NCBI GenBank assembly: GCA_950097015.1
Contig: CATNEN010000005.1
Span: 4,402,001-4,466,000 of the forward strand
Length of the DNA: 64,000 nucleotides
Direction of reading: 5' to 3'
Source: Macrostomum hystrix
Taxonomy: Eukaryota > Animalia > Platyhelminthes
The notes beneath the pieces were generated by a model. The model worked only from the letters and a program-made list of their open reading frames with translations, searched no databases and was not told the DNA's origin. Below are positions 24,470-38,045 of this stretch, in pieces. The first letter of the stretch is position 1, and each line of letters opens with the position of its first letter. The translations under genes and the position numbers were made by a program.

Positions 24470-24805
24470 AGGGTCAGTGGCAGAGCGGTTAAGGTGTCTC
24501 TCGCACCAAGGTCCCAAGCTCGATTCCATAGCGAGGTCACATTCGGGGCGCAGCCGCGGAGAGAAGGCTTGGGAGCTTTCCGTGCAATTCACGCCATAGA
24601 GGGCCAACCTCCAAGGCAACAGTGAAATTGTACACTACCAGACAATGAGATAGACAGGCCAGATGTACACACCTGTGTGCGTGTGTGCTCAGGAGTCAGC
24701 GAAATGGGCAGAATTGCCACCTCGCTGGCTGCGGGTCTATCGTCACCAAATTATGTGCCATTGCCCGCAGCATTTCTTTGTTAATCAATATTATTATTAT
24801 TATTC
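24470..24805 (+). mobile_element. tRNA-derived SINE family A
   Basis: TGGCAGAGCGG A box, GCTCGATTCC B-box variant, shared body, (att)n tail. Confidence 0.9.
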
Positions 24806-26806
24806 ACATTGATAGACAAAAAAAGACATATTGTAATGACATCTAATGCCAGTAAGCTTGTTCTACTAGAGAACCAAATACTCGTACTTGAGAACTTCTA
24901 TTTTGAATTTATTTATTCGAACTATGTATAAAACTATTTCTATCTAGATGCAGTTGAATAATTTCTGCATGCAGAATATGTAGAACAGAATCTGGTCACG
25001 GTCCACTAAAAAATAATAACTAAAGCCGAGAGGGAATTCCGGAGACCACTTCACCGTCATTCGATGAAATGATTACTTTATATAGATCCTAAGTACCTTG
25101 CCATGCTACAGTGTATAAACATTATAGACTCATTGACTGTGTGCATTAATTTATTTGACGATGGCTAAAAAAGTGTCGCAACTGCTTTTTTCCGGAAAGC
25201 GGGTGTAGAAAGTTTACTTTCCAGGAAACAATGTTGTCCAGCACACCCGATAATATTGATCAGCGAAGAATTTCTATATGCAGGCCTTTCCGAGGGCTTC
25301 GTTGGGCGAAATAAATTATGAATTGATTAATCTTTTCCCCATACCGACCAATCATCAAGCTTTATTGTGGGAATGCGTCCAATAAAATATGTATTTACAT
25401 ATAACTTCAATATTCTCAAAAGCCCGTACAACATTCATGTGTTCTGCAGCTGGCATGTTTGTTTTGTGTTTTGAGTTTGATTTTAAAATGAAATTTGAAA
25501 ATGACTGTCTTCTACTAAATGCTCGTGAAATGCACGCCGGTTTTGCACGTCAGTAGGACTACCAAGCCATTTTGCCGTCCGTTTTGATACCCCCTGAAAA
25601 ACTTTTGGCAGCGCCCGAGTGTTAACGCCTGGGTGTTCACTGATTGGTTGACAGACCAGACGATGGTGTCCTGTGGTTGAGTTGCGCCTAGTATTTTGGC
25701 TTGATCTGTGAAATTAGAGAAATTTGAGTCAGGGTGTCCATAGTGACCTATTTCCACCTGTTGTAGCCCTTTTAAGCTCCAGCAAATCTGTCTAGATAAA
25801 ATTAGGTGACTACCGAAGACGGAGATGATGCAGGCATATTCGGATGACATGCAGATAAATTTTGAAGGCCTGGCAAGGCTGTACTGAGGCGCAGTACTAA
25901 TTAGTGTCTAGGGTTGTATGAAATACACTAGCGCTTTTAGGAAAAATCGGACCTTTGGCCAGAAACATTGAATATCTCGACAGTATGACGAGCTGGCGAC
26001 TTGATTCTGGTTTCAGATGATGCGCAACAAAGAGTTGGCCGGTGTTCTTGAGTTTCGTGTGCTTGCGTTGCTCCGTTCGGGTGCAGCACTTCGTGCACTT
26101 CGTGCACTTTTAAGAAGTGTGACGAACGACTTGCATCACTAACTGTCGGCCTGCGTTTACATGTAACTCTTTCAAATGCTTTCAACATCTTTTTGCTTTT
26201 GGAACACAAAAGAGCATATCTCCATCAAAGTAAGCAGAAATTTGAGTTTATCTTCCATTTTCCCTAATTCTGAAGCATGTTTCAACAGCTTCGGAAAAAC
26301 TGCATCGTTGATTCAAGAATCGTCATAGAACAACATCATCTCATCCCCCTATTTCACGCTACAGTTAACTTCCTCTCACGATTTTGGCTCGTGTTTTTTC
26401 ATCGAGTTTTTTTTACGAACCTACCGATGGAAAGAATTTGAAAGCTTTTAAACAGTTGTAAAGCTCTAGCTATTCTATTCAATACTGGCTCGTAGCCATG
26501 CTGTGTTTCTGACGGAAGGCAAAGTCACGCCACTGAAGTCCTGAAGTTGCTTGTTTTGGAATTTACTAGGTCGGGTGCCTAACTTAGAAGCAAATGGAAG
26601 AAAAAAGTGATGACGTGTGTAAAATAAGGTGCTAATGCGTCTTTGGCCATATGAATGTTTCCTAACCCATGTGTGCGCCCAATGTTCCGGCGCGAAAAGC
26701 TTACCCTTACAAACAATAGTAACTATGATACAATACGATCACTTGAGGTAAGCTGAGGTCAGCGAATTATATCCAATCTCAAAAGTACATAATAGCAAAA
26801 AATCTA

Positions 26807-26837
26807 CGAAGCCACGCTCCGTCGAAGCGTGGCTTCG
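26807..26837. other. Perfect 12-bp stem, 7-nt loop hairpin (cgaagccacgct-ccgtcga-agcgtggcttcg)
   Basis: Arms 26807-26818 and 26826-26837 are exact reverse complements. Confidence 0.9.
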
Positions 26838-26899
26838 GTAAATTAATCTTTAAAATCATATTAAATCTATTCGTCCTTGTCGTCGAATAGTCGTCGATT

Positions 26900-29800
26900 C
26901 GTCCATGGATTTGGAGGAGACGCCACGATGGATTTGGAGGAGACGCCACCATGGATTTGGGGGAGACGCCACCATGGATTTGGGGGAGACGCCACCATGG
27001 ATTTGGGGGAGACGCCACCATGGATTTGGGGGAGACGCCACCATGGATTTGGGGGAGACGCCACCATGGATTTGGGGGAGACGCCACCATGGATTTGGGG
27101 GGGAGACGCCACCATGGATTTGGGGGAGACGCCACCATGGATTTGGAAGAGACGCCACCATGGATTTGGGGGGGAGACGCCACCATGGATTTGGGGGAGA
27201 CGCCACCATGGATTTGGAGGAGACGCCACCATGGATTTGGGGGAGACGCCACCATGGATTTGGGGGAGACGCCACCATGGATTTGGGTGGGAGACGCCGC
27301 CATGGATTTGGGGGAGACGCCACCATGGATTTGGGGGAGACGCCACCATGGATTTGGGGGGGAGACGCCACCATGGATTTGGGGGAGACGCCACCATGGA
27401 TTTAGGGGAGACGCCACCATGGATTTGGGGGAGACGCCACCATGGATTTGGGGGGGAGACGCCACCATGGATTTGGGGGAGACGCCACCATGGATTTGGA
27501 GGAGACGCCACCATGGATTTGGGGGAGACGCCACCATGGATTTGGGGGAGACGCCACCATGGATTTGGGGGGGAGACGCCACCATGGATTTGGGGGAGAC
27601 GCCACCATGGATTTGGGGGAGACGCCACCATGGATTTGGGGGAGACGCCGCCATGGATTTGGGTGGGAGACGCCGCCATGGATTTGGGTGGGAGAAGCCG
27701 CCATGGATTTGGGTGGGAGACGCCACCATGGATTTGGGTGGGAGACGCCGCCATGGATTTGGGTGGGAGACGCCACCATGGATTTGGGTGGGAGACGCCA
27801 CCATGGATTTGGGGGAGACGCCACCATGGATTTGGGGTGGGAGACGCCACCATGGATTTGGGGGAGACGCCACCATGGATTTGGGGGAGACGGCACCATG
27901 GATTTGGGGGAGACGCCGCAATGGATTTGGGTGGGAGACGCCGCCATGGATTTGGGTGGGAGAAGCCGCCATGGATTTGGGTGGGAGACGCCACCATGGA
28001 TTTGGGTGGGAGACGCCACCATGGATTTGGGTGGGAGACGCCACCATGGATTTGGGGGAGACGCCACCATGGATTTGGGGGAGACGCCACCATGAATTTG
28101 GGGGAGACGCCACCATGGATTTGGGGGAGACGCCACCATGGATTTGGGGGAGACGCCACCATGGATTTGGGGGAGACGCCACCATGGATTTGGGGGGGAG
28201 ACGCCACCATGGATTTGGGGGAGACGCCACCATGGATTTGGAGGAGACGCCACCATGGATTTGGGGGAGACGCCACCATGGATTTGGGGGAGACGCCACC
28301 ATGGATTTGGGGGGGAGACGCCACCATGGATTTGGGGGAGACGCCACCATGGATTTGGAGGAGACGCCACCATGGATTTGGGGGAGACGCCACCATGGAT
28401 TTGGGGGAGACGCCACCATGGATTTGGGGGAGACGCCACCATGGATTTGGGGGAGACGCCACCATGGATTTGGGGGAGACGCCACCATGGATTTGGGGGG
28501 GAGACGCCACCATGGATTTGGGGGAGACGCCACCATGGATTTGGAGGAGACGCCACCATGGATTTGGGGGGGAGACGCCACCATGGATTTGGGGGAGACG
28601 CCACCATGGATTTGGAGGAGACGCCACCATGGATTTGGGGGAGACGCCACCATGGATTTGGGGGGGAGACGCCACCATGGATTTGGAGGAGACGCCACCA
28701 TGGATTTGGGGGGGAGACGCCACCATGGATTTGGGGGAGACGCCACCATGGATTTGGAGGAGACGCCACCATGGATTTGGGGGAGACGCCACCATGGATT
28801 TGGGGGGGAGACGCCACCATGGATTTGGGGGAGACGCCACCATGGATTTGGGGGAGACGCCACCATGGATTTGGGGGAGACGCCACCATGGATTTGGGGG
28901 AGACGCCACCATGGATTTGGGGGGGAGACGCCACCATGGATTTGGGGGAGACGCCACCATGGATTTGGGGGAGACGCCACCATGGATTTGGGGGGGAGAC
29001 GCCACCATGGATTTGGGGGAGACGCCACCATGGATTTGGAGGAGACGCCACCATGGATTTGGGGGAGACGCCACCATGGATTTGGGGGAGACGCCACCAT
29101 GGATTTGGGGGGGAGACGCCACCATGGATTTGGGGGAGACGCCACCATGGATTTGGGGGAGACGCCACCATGGATTTGGGGGAGACGCCGCCATGGATTT
29201 GGGTGGGAGACGCCGCCATGGATTTGGGTGGGAGAAGCCGCCATGGATTTGGGTGGGAGACGCCACCATGGATTTGGGTGGGAGACGCCACCATGGATTT
29301 GGGGGAGACGCCACCATGGATTTGGGGGAGACGCCACCATGGATTTGGGGGAGACGCCACCATGGATTTGGGGGGGAGACGCCACCATGGATTTGGGGGA
29401 GACGCCACCATGGATTTGGAGGAGACGCCACCATGGATTTGGGGGAGACGCCACCATGGATTTGGGGGAGACGCCACCATGAATTTGGGGGAGACGCCAC
29501 CATGGATTTGGGGGAGACGCCACCATGGATTTGGGGGAGACGCCACCATGGATTTGGGGGAGACGCCACCATGGATTTGGGGGGGAGACGCCACCATGGA
29601 TTTGGGGGAGACGCCACCATGGATTTGGAGGAGACGCCACCATGGATTTGGGGGAGACGCCGCCATGGATTTGGGTGGGAGAAGCCGCCATGGATTTGGG
29701 TGGGAGACGCCACCATGGATTTGGGTGGGAGACGCCGCCATGGATTTGGGTGGGAGACGCCACCATGGATTTGGGGTGGGAGACGCCACCATGGATTTGG

Positions 29801-30265
29801 GGGAGACGCCACCATGGATTTGGGGTGGGAGACGCCACCATGGATTTGGGTGGGAGAAGCCACCATGGATTTGGGGGAGACGCCACCATGGATTTGGGTG
29901 GGAGAAGCCACCATGGATTTGGGGGAGACGCCACCATGGATTTGGAGGAGACGCCACCATGGATTTGGGGGAGACGCCGCCATGGATTTGGGTGGGAGAC
30001 GCCGCCATGGATTTGGGTGGGAGAAGCCGCCATGGATTTGGGTGGGAGACGCCACCATGGATTTGGGTGGGAGACGCCGCCATGGATTTGGGTGGGAGAC
30101 GCCACCATGGATTTGGGGTGGGAGACGCCACCATGGATTTGGGGGAGACGCCACCATGGATTTGGGGTGGGAGACGCCACCATGGATTTGGGTGGGAGAC
30201 GCCACCATGGATTTGGGGTAGACGCCACAATAGAGTTGGGGGAGACGCCACAATGGATTTGGGTG
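26900..30265. repeat. 23-25-bp G-rich minisatellite (ggatttgggggagacgccaccat), ~140-145 units
   Basis: Tandem units vary mainly in G-run length; most unit junctions read GCCACCATGG. Confidence 0.98.
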
Positions 30266-30917
30266 AGCAACGGTTAGAAGCTTTGCGGCTGGAGGCGACA
30301 CAAAGTTTGAGATTTTAATTAGGCCGGCTGGAGGCTGAGCTGGCGGAGAAGGGGAGAGGGTGGGGGAGAAGGCGGGGTAGAACCGTCGGTCCTGATGAGA
30401 CTTATATGCTTTTAGCTTTTGTTATCCATCAAGTTTTAATCCCAAATCATTCAGAATGAAGTATTCAAATTACAGATGCGGAAGGCGATTTATAATTCCA
30501 TAGAGAAACATAATTTCGCCTTTCCGCACGTCGTTCACTATTTACAAGAATTGATTGAAATCAGCTTTCTTAAATTTTAAGCCGACGCCATTTGACTCGT
30601 CGCTTCTCAGACAAATTTTCCTCTTCTCTCTACAAATAAACTGACGCAGTCAAATTCACGCATGCATCCTCAAATGTGAAATACATTCATACACACAATG
30701 ACACGTGCCTACACCAGTGTGTGAGAGCCAGAATTTGCATACACACGGGCCAAATATTATCATTATTATACGGGTTATAAGCTGCATGCATAAACACACT
30801 CATATAGACATTAATCAACTTCATCGCATCGCATCGCTCATTTGTTATTCCGGAATAAAATCGCTGCTTCAATGGCTTTTTTAAGTCTGTCTTGCTTAAA
30901 AATCCACGGAGTGTTGA

Positions 30918-31095
30918 TTCCGTGGCGAGGCCACATTCTAGACCTAGAGACCTAGAGACCTAGCGACCTAGACCTAGACCTAGATCTAGACCTAGTCCTA
31001 GTTCTAGACCTAGACCTAGACGTGAAAGTTATGCCCTATGAGGGCCAACCCCCAAGGCACTGCAGTTCAACTGCACAGGGCCAGACAATGTAGGG
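30918..31095 (+). mobile_element. Degenerate SINE family A fragment interrupted by (ctagac)n
   Basis: gattccgtggcgaggccacatt, then ~75 bp of ctagac-like hexamers, then atgagggccaacccccaaggcac. Both flanks match consecutive parts of family A. Confidence 0.65.
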
Positions 31096-31523
31096 TGGTC
31101 CATGGACACAGCCAACCATACCGCTAACCCCTTCGTACCCGCAGACAAGCGATAACGCGAGGGGCCAGTCAGAGTGGTCCTCAGAGCTGCTTTTAAAATG
31201 TCTGAATATGAGCTTGTCTGAAAGCCTTCAAGCAATTAGGGAAGCTATGGATACAGTTTTGTGTATACTGAGAGACGCCAAATCGCAACCCAATCGATAG
31301 TTGCAGCAAGCAAATCAGAACTCGCTGCATGTCCAAGTCTCTATTTAATCCTCTCTTTCTGTCTCGCTAAATAAGGACGAAAATATACGATGCCAATTAG
31401 CTATTGATTTTGGAGGCATGTTTTCAAATCCTGATCATTAGTTAGTCTAGTGCCATGCAAGCTTGTTTGCCTATCGACCTAATCTGCCTGTGTATTATGC
31501 ACATTATGCCTCTGCTTTGCGTG

Positions 31524-31890
<367 letters not shown>

Positions 31891-32150
31891 CTCATCCAAC
31901 TGACCACCTGCTCCCGCACAGCGATGGCAACATGCCTACATTGAGACGCCTTTTAAACCCATTGACTCTAATTGACTCTAAAATTTGATTATTAACCTTG
32001 TAACTCGTTTAAAAATTTTTTTTCGTTTTTTTCAATAATACACTGACGAAGGCCAAACTTTGGCCGAAATATTGGTAATTTAATAGTCAACTTTTTTGTT
32101 TCTTAATCAGCAAGCAACTGCCTGAAATGCGTGCGTGGCCTCTGTTCTTC

Positions 32151-32153
<3 letters not shown>

Positions 32154-32196
<43 letters not shown>

Positions 32197-32221
32197 CATC
32201 TATCTATCTATCTATCTATCC

Positions 32222-32309
<88 letters not shown>

Positions 32310-32315
32310 GTCTAT
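32154..32315. repeat. (tatc)n microsatellite
   Basis: Visible directly in the sequence. Confidence 0.99.
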
Positions 32316-33579
32316 GTACCTAAATATATGAATCGATAAACAAGTGTTTCTTGTTGAACACAATATTTGATATTTTAAACCTGTCAATCATCAATCATCT
32401 TTCTATAGTAATTAAGGCTAGGTTTTTTGGCAACTGTTAGAATTTTTGCATTTAAGATAAAGACTGCAAATTCTTGGGAAGACCTAAGCATGATCACGTA
32501 CAGAGACTACAATTAGTGTTTCCGCTAAGATAGCCCGATATACTTGTCTATCTTCTCCAGTCAATTGCTGGTCTAAAATTGGCTTCCGCGACACTGAAAA
32601 GGAATGGGCTGGGTGAGAGTGAACGAGACCGGAAAAAAACTAAATGCGAAATTAAGCTTGACCAGTAGGAATGGCTCGAGCGAAATTCTTGCATCCCTTT
32701 CTCCAACTCCTCCAGACTATGATTCCTATCCTCCGACACTAACGAGCTCTCTCCTAGGCTGCTGCTGTTAAGGAGATGAGGAAGGACTAGAAGCTTGTCT
32801 TCTTCTCATAGCCTCATGAAATTCGTTGGAGTCCACACGAGACTGAATGAGAGGGGGAACAAGTGCTTGTCTGTCAGAATGCTTGAGCAGGACATGCGCC
32901 TTGCTCTCGCCTGTAAATACGCTGCTATAACATCCCCCGAGCGGCTTTCTGAGGCCAACGAAACCAGAAGGTGGCTGTAGGGAGAGAAAATGTTTTTTGA
33001 AAAATCCCATACCAGAATTCTCCGCTCTGGCCCGACCCACGCGACCTAATATTGGTCCGCGGGCGTGTGATTGCTTAAAATTGCGTGCACTTTTACAGCG
33101 AAGCATTGGGCTGGGGAAAGGGGAATGTCCTCCTCGTTCGGCATAAATTCCAGCTTCTTCGAAGCACTAATGAGTGAGAGGGGAGAGAGGAAAGACGCAC
33201 CGCCGGTGGGAGGGTTGGCGGTGGAAGGTCATCAGTTCCTTAATGTCCGTTAATGGCTCTCAAGGTTCCTGCGCTTCACATTGTGCCCGGTTAGATTTCG
33301 CCAGTGTTATTTGCTGCTTGGTTTGGTGGGCCTTAATATCAGATTTCAAGGTACTGTTATATTTACCCATTGTGAATTGAAGGACTTTTATGGTTGCTGT
33401 CAGTTGTCACCATCTGCTAGGTGGCTTAGGTACCTGATTTGATTGCGAATCAATGCACAGAGTCCCTTCCATCTCCCTACCACTCGGTCTCTTTCCTCTC
33501 TGCCCCACCCGCACCCCAGCCGAGTACGTACACGGATTGTACATTCCCGACTGGGCTTGATGTCTGTCTGGCCTATACG

Positions 33580-33757
33580 GTCACGTGATTCTTCTCACGT
33601 GACTGGCCACTTTGTTCACTCTAAAAGTGCAGCTAACAAGCTAACCGCACTTGGTGCCTCAATTTTATGACTCAGAGCCAATAAAAAGCCATTGAAGGCA
33701 AGTCAATGACGTCAGTTGCTATTTTTAGAACTGATGCTATTTTTAGAACTGACGTCC
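33580..33757. promoter_or_regulatory. Candidate promoter/enhancer: two CACGTG E-boxes (CLEAR-like), AP-1, CCAAT, CRE
   Basis: GTCACGTGA 33580-33588 and TCACGTGAC 33595-33603; TGACTCA 33668-33674; CCAAT 33678-33682; TGACGTCA 33707-33714; a second TGACGTC near 33750. Confidence 0.5.
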
Positions 33758-34828
33758 GTCACTTATAGATATGGCCCAATTTACGGCCTTCGGCAATAAA
33801 GGTGCACATTTTCCACGCTGCATGCGTACGACACTGATGGCCTTTATCTGCACTAGACTAGTTCTAATTTAGTCAGACTTGATTCAATTTATAATTATTA
33901 CTTCGCGTTGAAGTCTACTGGATCTCGCAGTGTCTAGCAGGCAAGTTAGTACAACATTATTATCCTTTTAAATCTCACCATGTTCATATAACCTCATTAT
34001 ATCGTGAAACCTTCTGTCCCTTGATTTTTTTTCTCTAATTTCAATTATTCTATTTTATTTTCTTTCCCGTTTGGCACAATCGAATCAATCACTTGTCTAC
34101 ATTTTTAATCATCTTTTTAATGTTTTTGAAAGTCCCTCGAGAGTGAATTTTTTGTAGAGACATTACTCAAGACCTTAATTTCACATTGCAGTTAATTTTC
34201 CTGCCGTCAGTGACTATTCAACATGCAGTGGAATTTACAATCGCTTAAATTAGCAATGAAATTGGCGCCTCTTTCATTTTTCCCCCGATTTTCTAGACTA
34301 ATTCCAATATTAATTTTCTGTAAGTTGCGAGAGATTGCGAGAGAATGATCTGCAACATACTACTTTTTTTATCAAGTAATGCATTCGAAGTGCTAGCGAA
34401 TATTTTATGTATCAGTTAAAAATAGTTCTACCGCTGTTCCTTCAACCTCAATTCTGAAGCCAGAACTACATTTTCTGTGTGAAGTGTTACCAAAACACAG
34501 GCTAAACAACGCACCAAGGGGCAGCGACAGCCAACCCTGCCCCCGCTAACAACGATTGGCCAACCAAACAGTACTACAATGTCTCTCTATACGAAATGAG
34601 CAGGGCAGAAAAGTGCTTAATCGTTCAGATATGAAGTCCTGAAAAGCAGGCAACTACTTGTATTCGTGGACCGACCTAGCTCTGTTAGTTTCTGTCTTCA
34701 GATAAACACACAAAACAGTTGAAAAGATATCGGTAACTTTGGTACCTGGACACAATACTAAATCTGTTCAGTTTTAGATACATAAATGTAGAAATACGCT
34801 AAATTATGTTGATCTCGTAAGAATCGTG

Positions 34829-35272
34829 ATGCAACTTGTCTTCAATCAACATAATCAACAATCGCGACTAAAATTTCGAACTGCACTGCTGTTTGTCGCC
34901 TGCCGGTGGGACTTACCAGCCGTGGTCCGACGCCTGCTACGCAATGGGGTGGATCCCGACTATCGCCTGACTTCGAGTTGGCAGACACCGCTGCACGCGG
35001 CTTGTCTGGGAAATTCTTCGCTAAGTGTTCGCCTGCTAGTAAACGCGCAGGCTTCCCTGGACGAGCTCAATATTCAAGGTGAGTCAGGACTGTGCGTCGC
35101 AGCTCGTCTAGGTCACAGTGAAATCGTCACAATGTTACTGGGTGCTATGACGAACCTAGATTGTGGCCAGAGCTCTGGCTTAACAGCTTTGCAATGCGCA
35201 GTTAAGGCAGGATTCTTCCATGTGGCTTCTGCTCTACTGCGGTCCTGTGCACATAGGACAACAGAGACTCTC
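34829..35272 (+). CDS. ANK-Mab-21/cGAS-like protein, exon 1 (~4 ankyrin repeats; the true 5' end may lie further upstream)
   Basis: Motifs QTPLHAAC, ESGLCVAARLGH, LTALQCAVKAG. Donor ctc|gtgagt at 35272/35273 (phase 0). Proposed join: 34829-35272, 35610-37978, 38046-38398, 38486-39882, 39991-40050. Confidence 0.8.
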
Positions 35273-35609
35273 GTGAGTAATCATAAGTTTCTGCTTCTAG
35301 ACTTGGATCATGCCTGCTATATGAAGCATTATTAGTATCATCGCCTCTCTAGAACGTTTAGTTGTTCAATGATTCTGAGAGACACTTCATTTTCCTTATG
35401 AAAGCCAGGCACTAATGCATTCAGCTTTGCGTTCAAATTTAATTAGCTTTTAAACTTTTACACAGTAGTAATGCTAGAAAAGTCACTTGCGGCGTGGCTG
35501 GCAAGCTAGTCCTGGAAAAATTTCAGGATGGGAGATTCTAGTTTAATACTAATACGGGCGGGAAGCCTGGTATTCCCTCTGTTAAAGACATAATTTAACC
35601 ATTTTTTAG

Positions 35610-37978
35610 GCTAATAGAATGCTGGAATTGTCGTTGACTTTGGCTGTACAAGCGAATCGAGCGGAGATAGCCATCGCGCTGATTGATGCCGGAACGCTGC
35701 CAGACGTGGCAACTTTGATTCGCGCAGTCGTTGATCCGCACCTTGGGCATTTTTTACACCCGCTGTTAGAAGCTCGGCCAGATATTAACAAACAATGTCA
35801 AAAGCTCGGCGGTGCTACAGTTCTGTACGCTGCAATCGAAGTAATAAAGTCTGAAGATTTAAAGTTAGTTGATGCTTTACTAAAGGCTGGAGCATGCCCT
35901 AGCATATCATTGTACAACGGATGCTCACCGTTGTATTTAGCTGCGCGAAAAGGCTTCACAAACATTGTGCGACGCCTTCTGACAGAAGGCGCTGATCCTA
36001 ACTGTCTTCAAAATCAAGGTGCCACTCCGCTTCACGTGGCGGCGGCTGAAGGTCATGTAAATGTGATCGCTGTCCTGTTGAATTATGGTGCGCTGCTGGA
36101 CTTTCAGCAGGAAAGTAGCGGAATGACGGCGATACACTTTGCTGCCCAGCATGGCCAAGAGAAGGCTGTGAAAGTACTTGCCAGAAATTCAGCCAATGTG
36201 GACATTCAGGAGGTTCCAAACGGCGGTTTCACAGGATTAACGATTGCTTCGTACTGTGGCTTCTTGACGACTGCTCAGGCCTTTATTAAGGCTCAAACTG
36301 ACGTCAACCTTGCAACGATGGATGGAAGTACACCGTTGCTTGTTGCAGCTCAAAATAATCATCAAAGCACTGTTCAAGCTCTAGCTGATTCACAGCTTAT
36401 AGATCTGAATTATTCGAGCAACGATGGAATAACAGCTCTCTGTATGGCTGCTGACAAAGGATATACCTCAGTTGGTAAGATTCTGGTGCAGAACGGCGCT
36501 TATAGAGACGCTCTATCAAAGTCTGGCTACTCGGCTCTGCATTTCTCCAGCCAGAATGATCACCTGGCGTTTGTTGATATGTTAATTGCGTCACTGGCTG
36601 ATTTAAATGTCGCTTCCAAAGGTGGAATTACGGCTCTTCATGTGGCATCTAACAAGGGCCACATCCGCGTAGTTAAAGCCCTTCTAACAGCCCAAGCGGA
36701 CACGGATATTTGCAGCAAGCAATCAGGCACACCTGTGTGTGCAGCAGCAGCAAACGGGCACGAATTGGTTGTTGCAGCCCTGTTGCGCGCTAACGCTGAC
36801 GTGGACCAAACAGACGTAAGCAATCTGTCTCCAATTTACCTGGCATCACAAGACGGCAGGGACAGAATCGTTAGGCTGCTACTGAATTCTCAGGCGAACC
36901 CTGACTCTTCAAATAAAAACTTTTGCACAGCCTTGTATGTAGCATCGCAGAACAATCATGTGAGGATAATAGAAGCGCTTTTAAATGCGTCTGCCAACTG
37001 TGATCTGCAAAATATAAACGGATATGCACCATTGAGTGTCGCCGCGAAGAACGGTCTCAACCAAGTAGTCTCAGCTCTGGTAAACTCAGGTGCTTACATT
37101 GAAGTGCAATCTTATAGTGGAGAAACACCATTACACCTGGCTGCCGACTACGGTCACCTGACGGTAATCAAAGAGCTAATAAAGGGTATCGGAAGCATTG
37201 ATTGCGTCAATCGTATGTTTAGATCAGCCTTGTTCATTGCAGCTATGAACAGGCATACTTTGGTAGTGCAAGCGCTTCTAGAGGCCAATGCCGATGTTAA
37301 CTTGCGGGACAGAGCAGGATGCACTTCGCTGCATGCGGCATCGGAGAGTGATGCGACACTCGTTGTTCGAGAGTTGATTCGCGCTTACGCGGATGTTGAC
37401 TCGCAGAGCAGCATCGGCTGCTCTCCGTTGTACAAAGCATGTGTAAATTCCAACTCCGAAATCGTTTCTGAACTGCTTCGGGCTCAAGCTGATGCCAATA
37501 TTTGCTCCTCCGAGGGTGCATCTTGTGTACTTTTAGCTGTTCAGGAAGGAAACTTGGACATTTTGCGACAGCTGATCAAGGCCAAAGCCTGTGTTGACAT
37601 CCAAAAGACAGACGGAGCCACGCCATTGCTATTTGCTGCTCAAACTGGCTTCGAAGCGGCAGTTGAACTGTTAATTATGGCCCAGGCAAACCCGAACACC
37701 GGCTTGCAGAACTGTTTCACACCGCTGCACAGAGCAAGCACTGACGGACGTTTGAGCATGGCAGCTCAGTTACTTGGGGCCTTTGCGGATCCTGAGGGCA
37801 CGACTATCGATGGCAGAAACGCAATTGATATAGCGATAAATGCTAATCACACTCAGATTGTCAGTCTTCTGAGAAAGGCTTCGGCTAACAAAGACTTCTT
37901 TGAAAGCTTTGAGACTGGTCATGCAAGCCTCAATGCTGCAGCAGACGATTTCAGGTCTGAGCAAGATCAGCAATCCAG
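35610..37978 (+). CDS. ANK-Mab-21/cGAS-like protein, exon 2 (~21-23 ankyrin repeats)
   Basis: Acceptor ttttttag|gct (phase 0). ~33-aa repeats such as GATPLHVAAAEGHVNVIAVLLNYGA and GETPLHLAADYGHLTVIKELI. Donor tccag|gtaggt (phase 2). Confidence 0.93.
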
Positions 37979-38045
37979 GTAGGTTGACTCATGCTAGGGA
38001 CATTTATTCTGTATTGAATTTTTTTCGTTTTCGCTCGCTTTATAG

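Noticed and set aside
25515-26209. Two minus-strand ORFs of 111 and 90 aa as a gene or transposase remnant
   Set aside because: No catalytic or family motif recognised and no terminal inverted repeats confirmed.
26779-30318. Multiple 700-1160 aa ORFs on both strands called as proteins
   Set aside because: They arise because the 23-bp monomer has no stop codons; 23/24/25-bp length variation shifts frames freely, which argues against coding constraint.
32548-33380. Several short GC-richer ORFs (60-112 aa) on both strands
   Set aside because: No recognisable domain, mutually overlapping frames, and no consistent exon chain.
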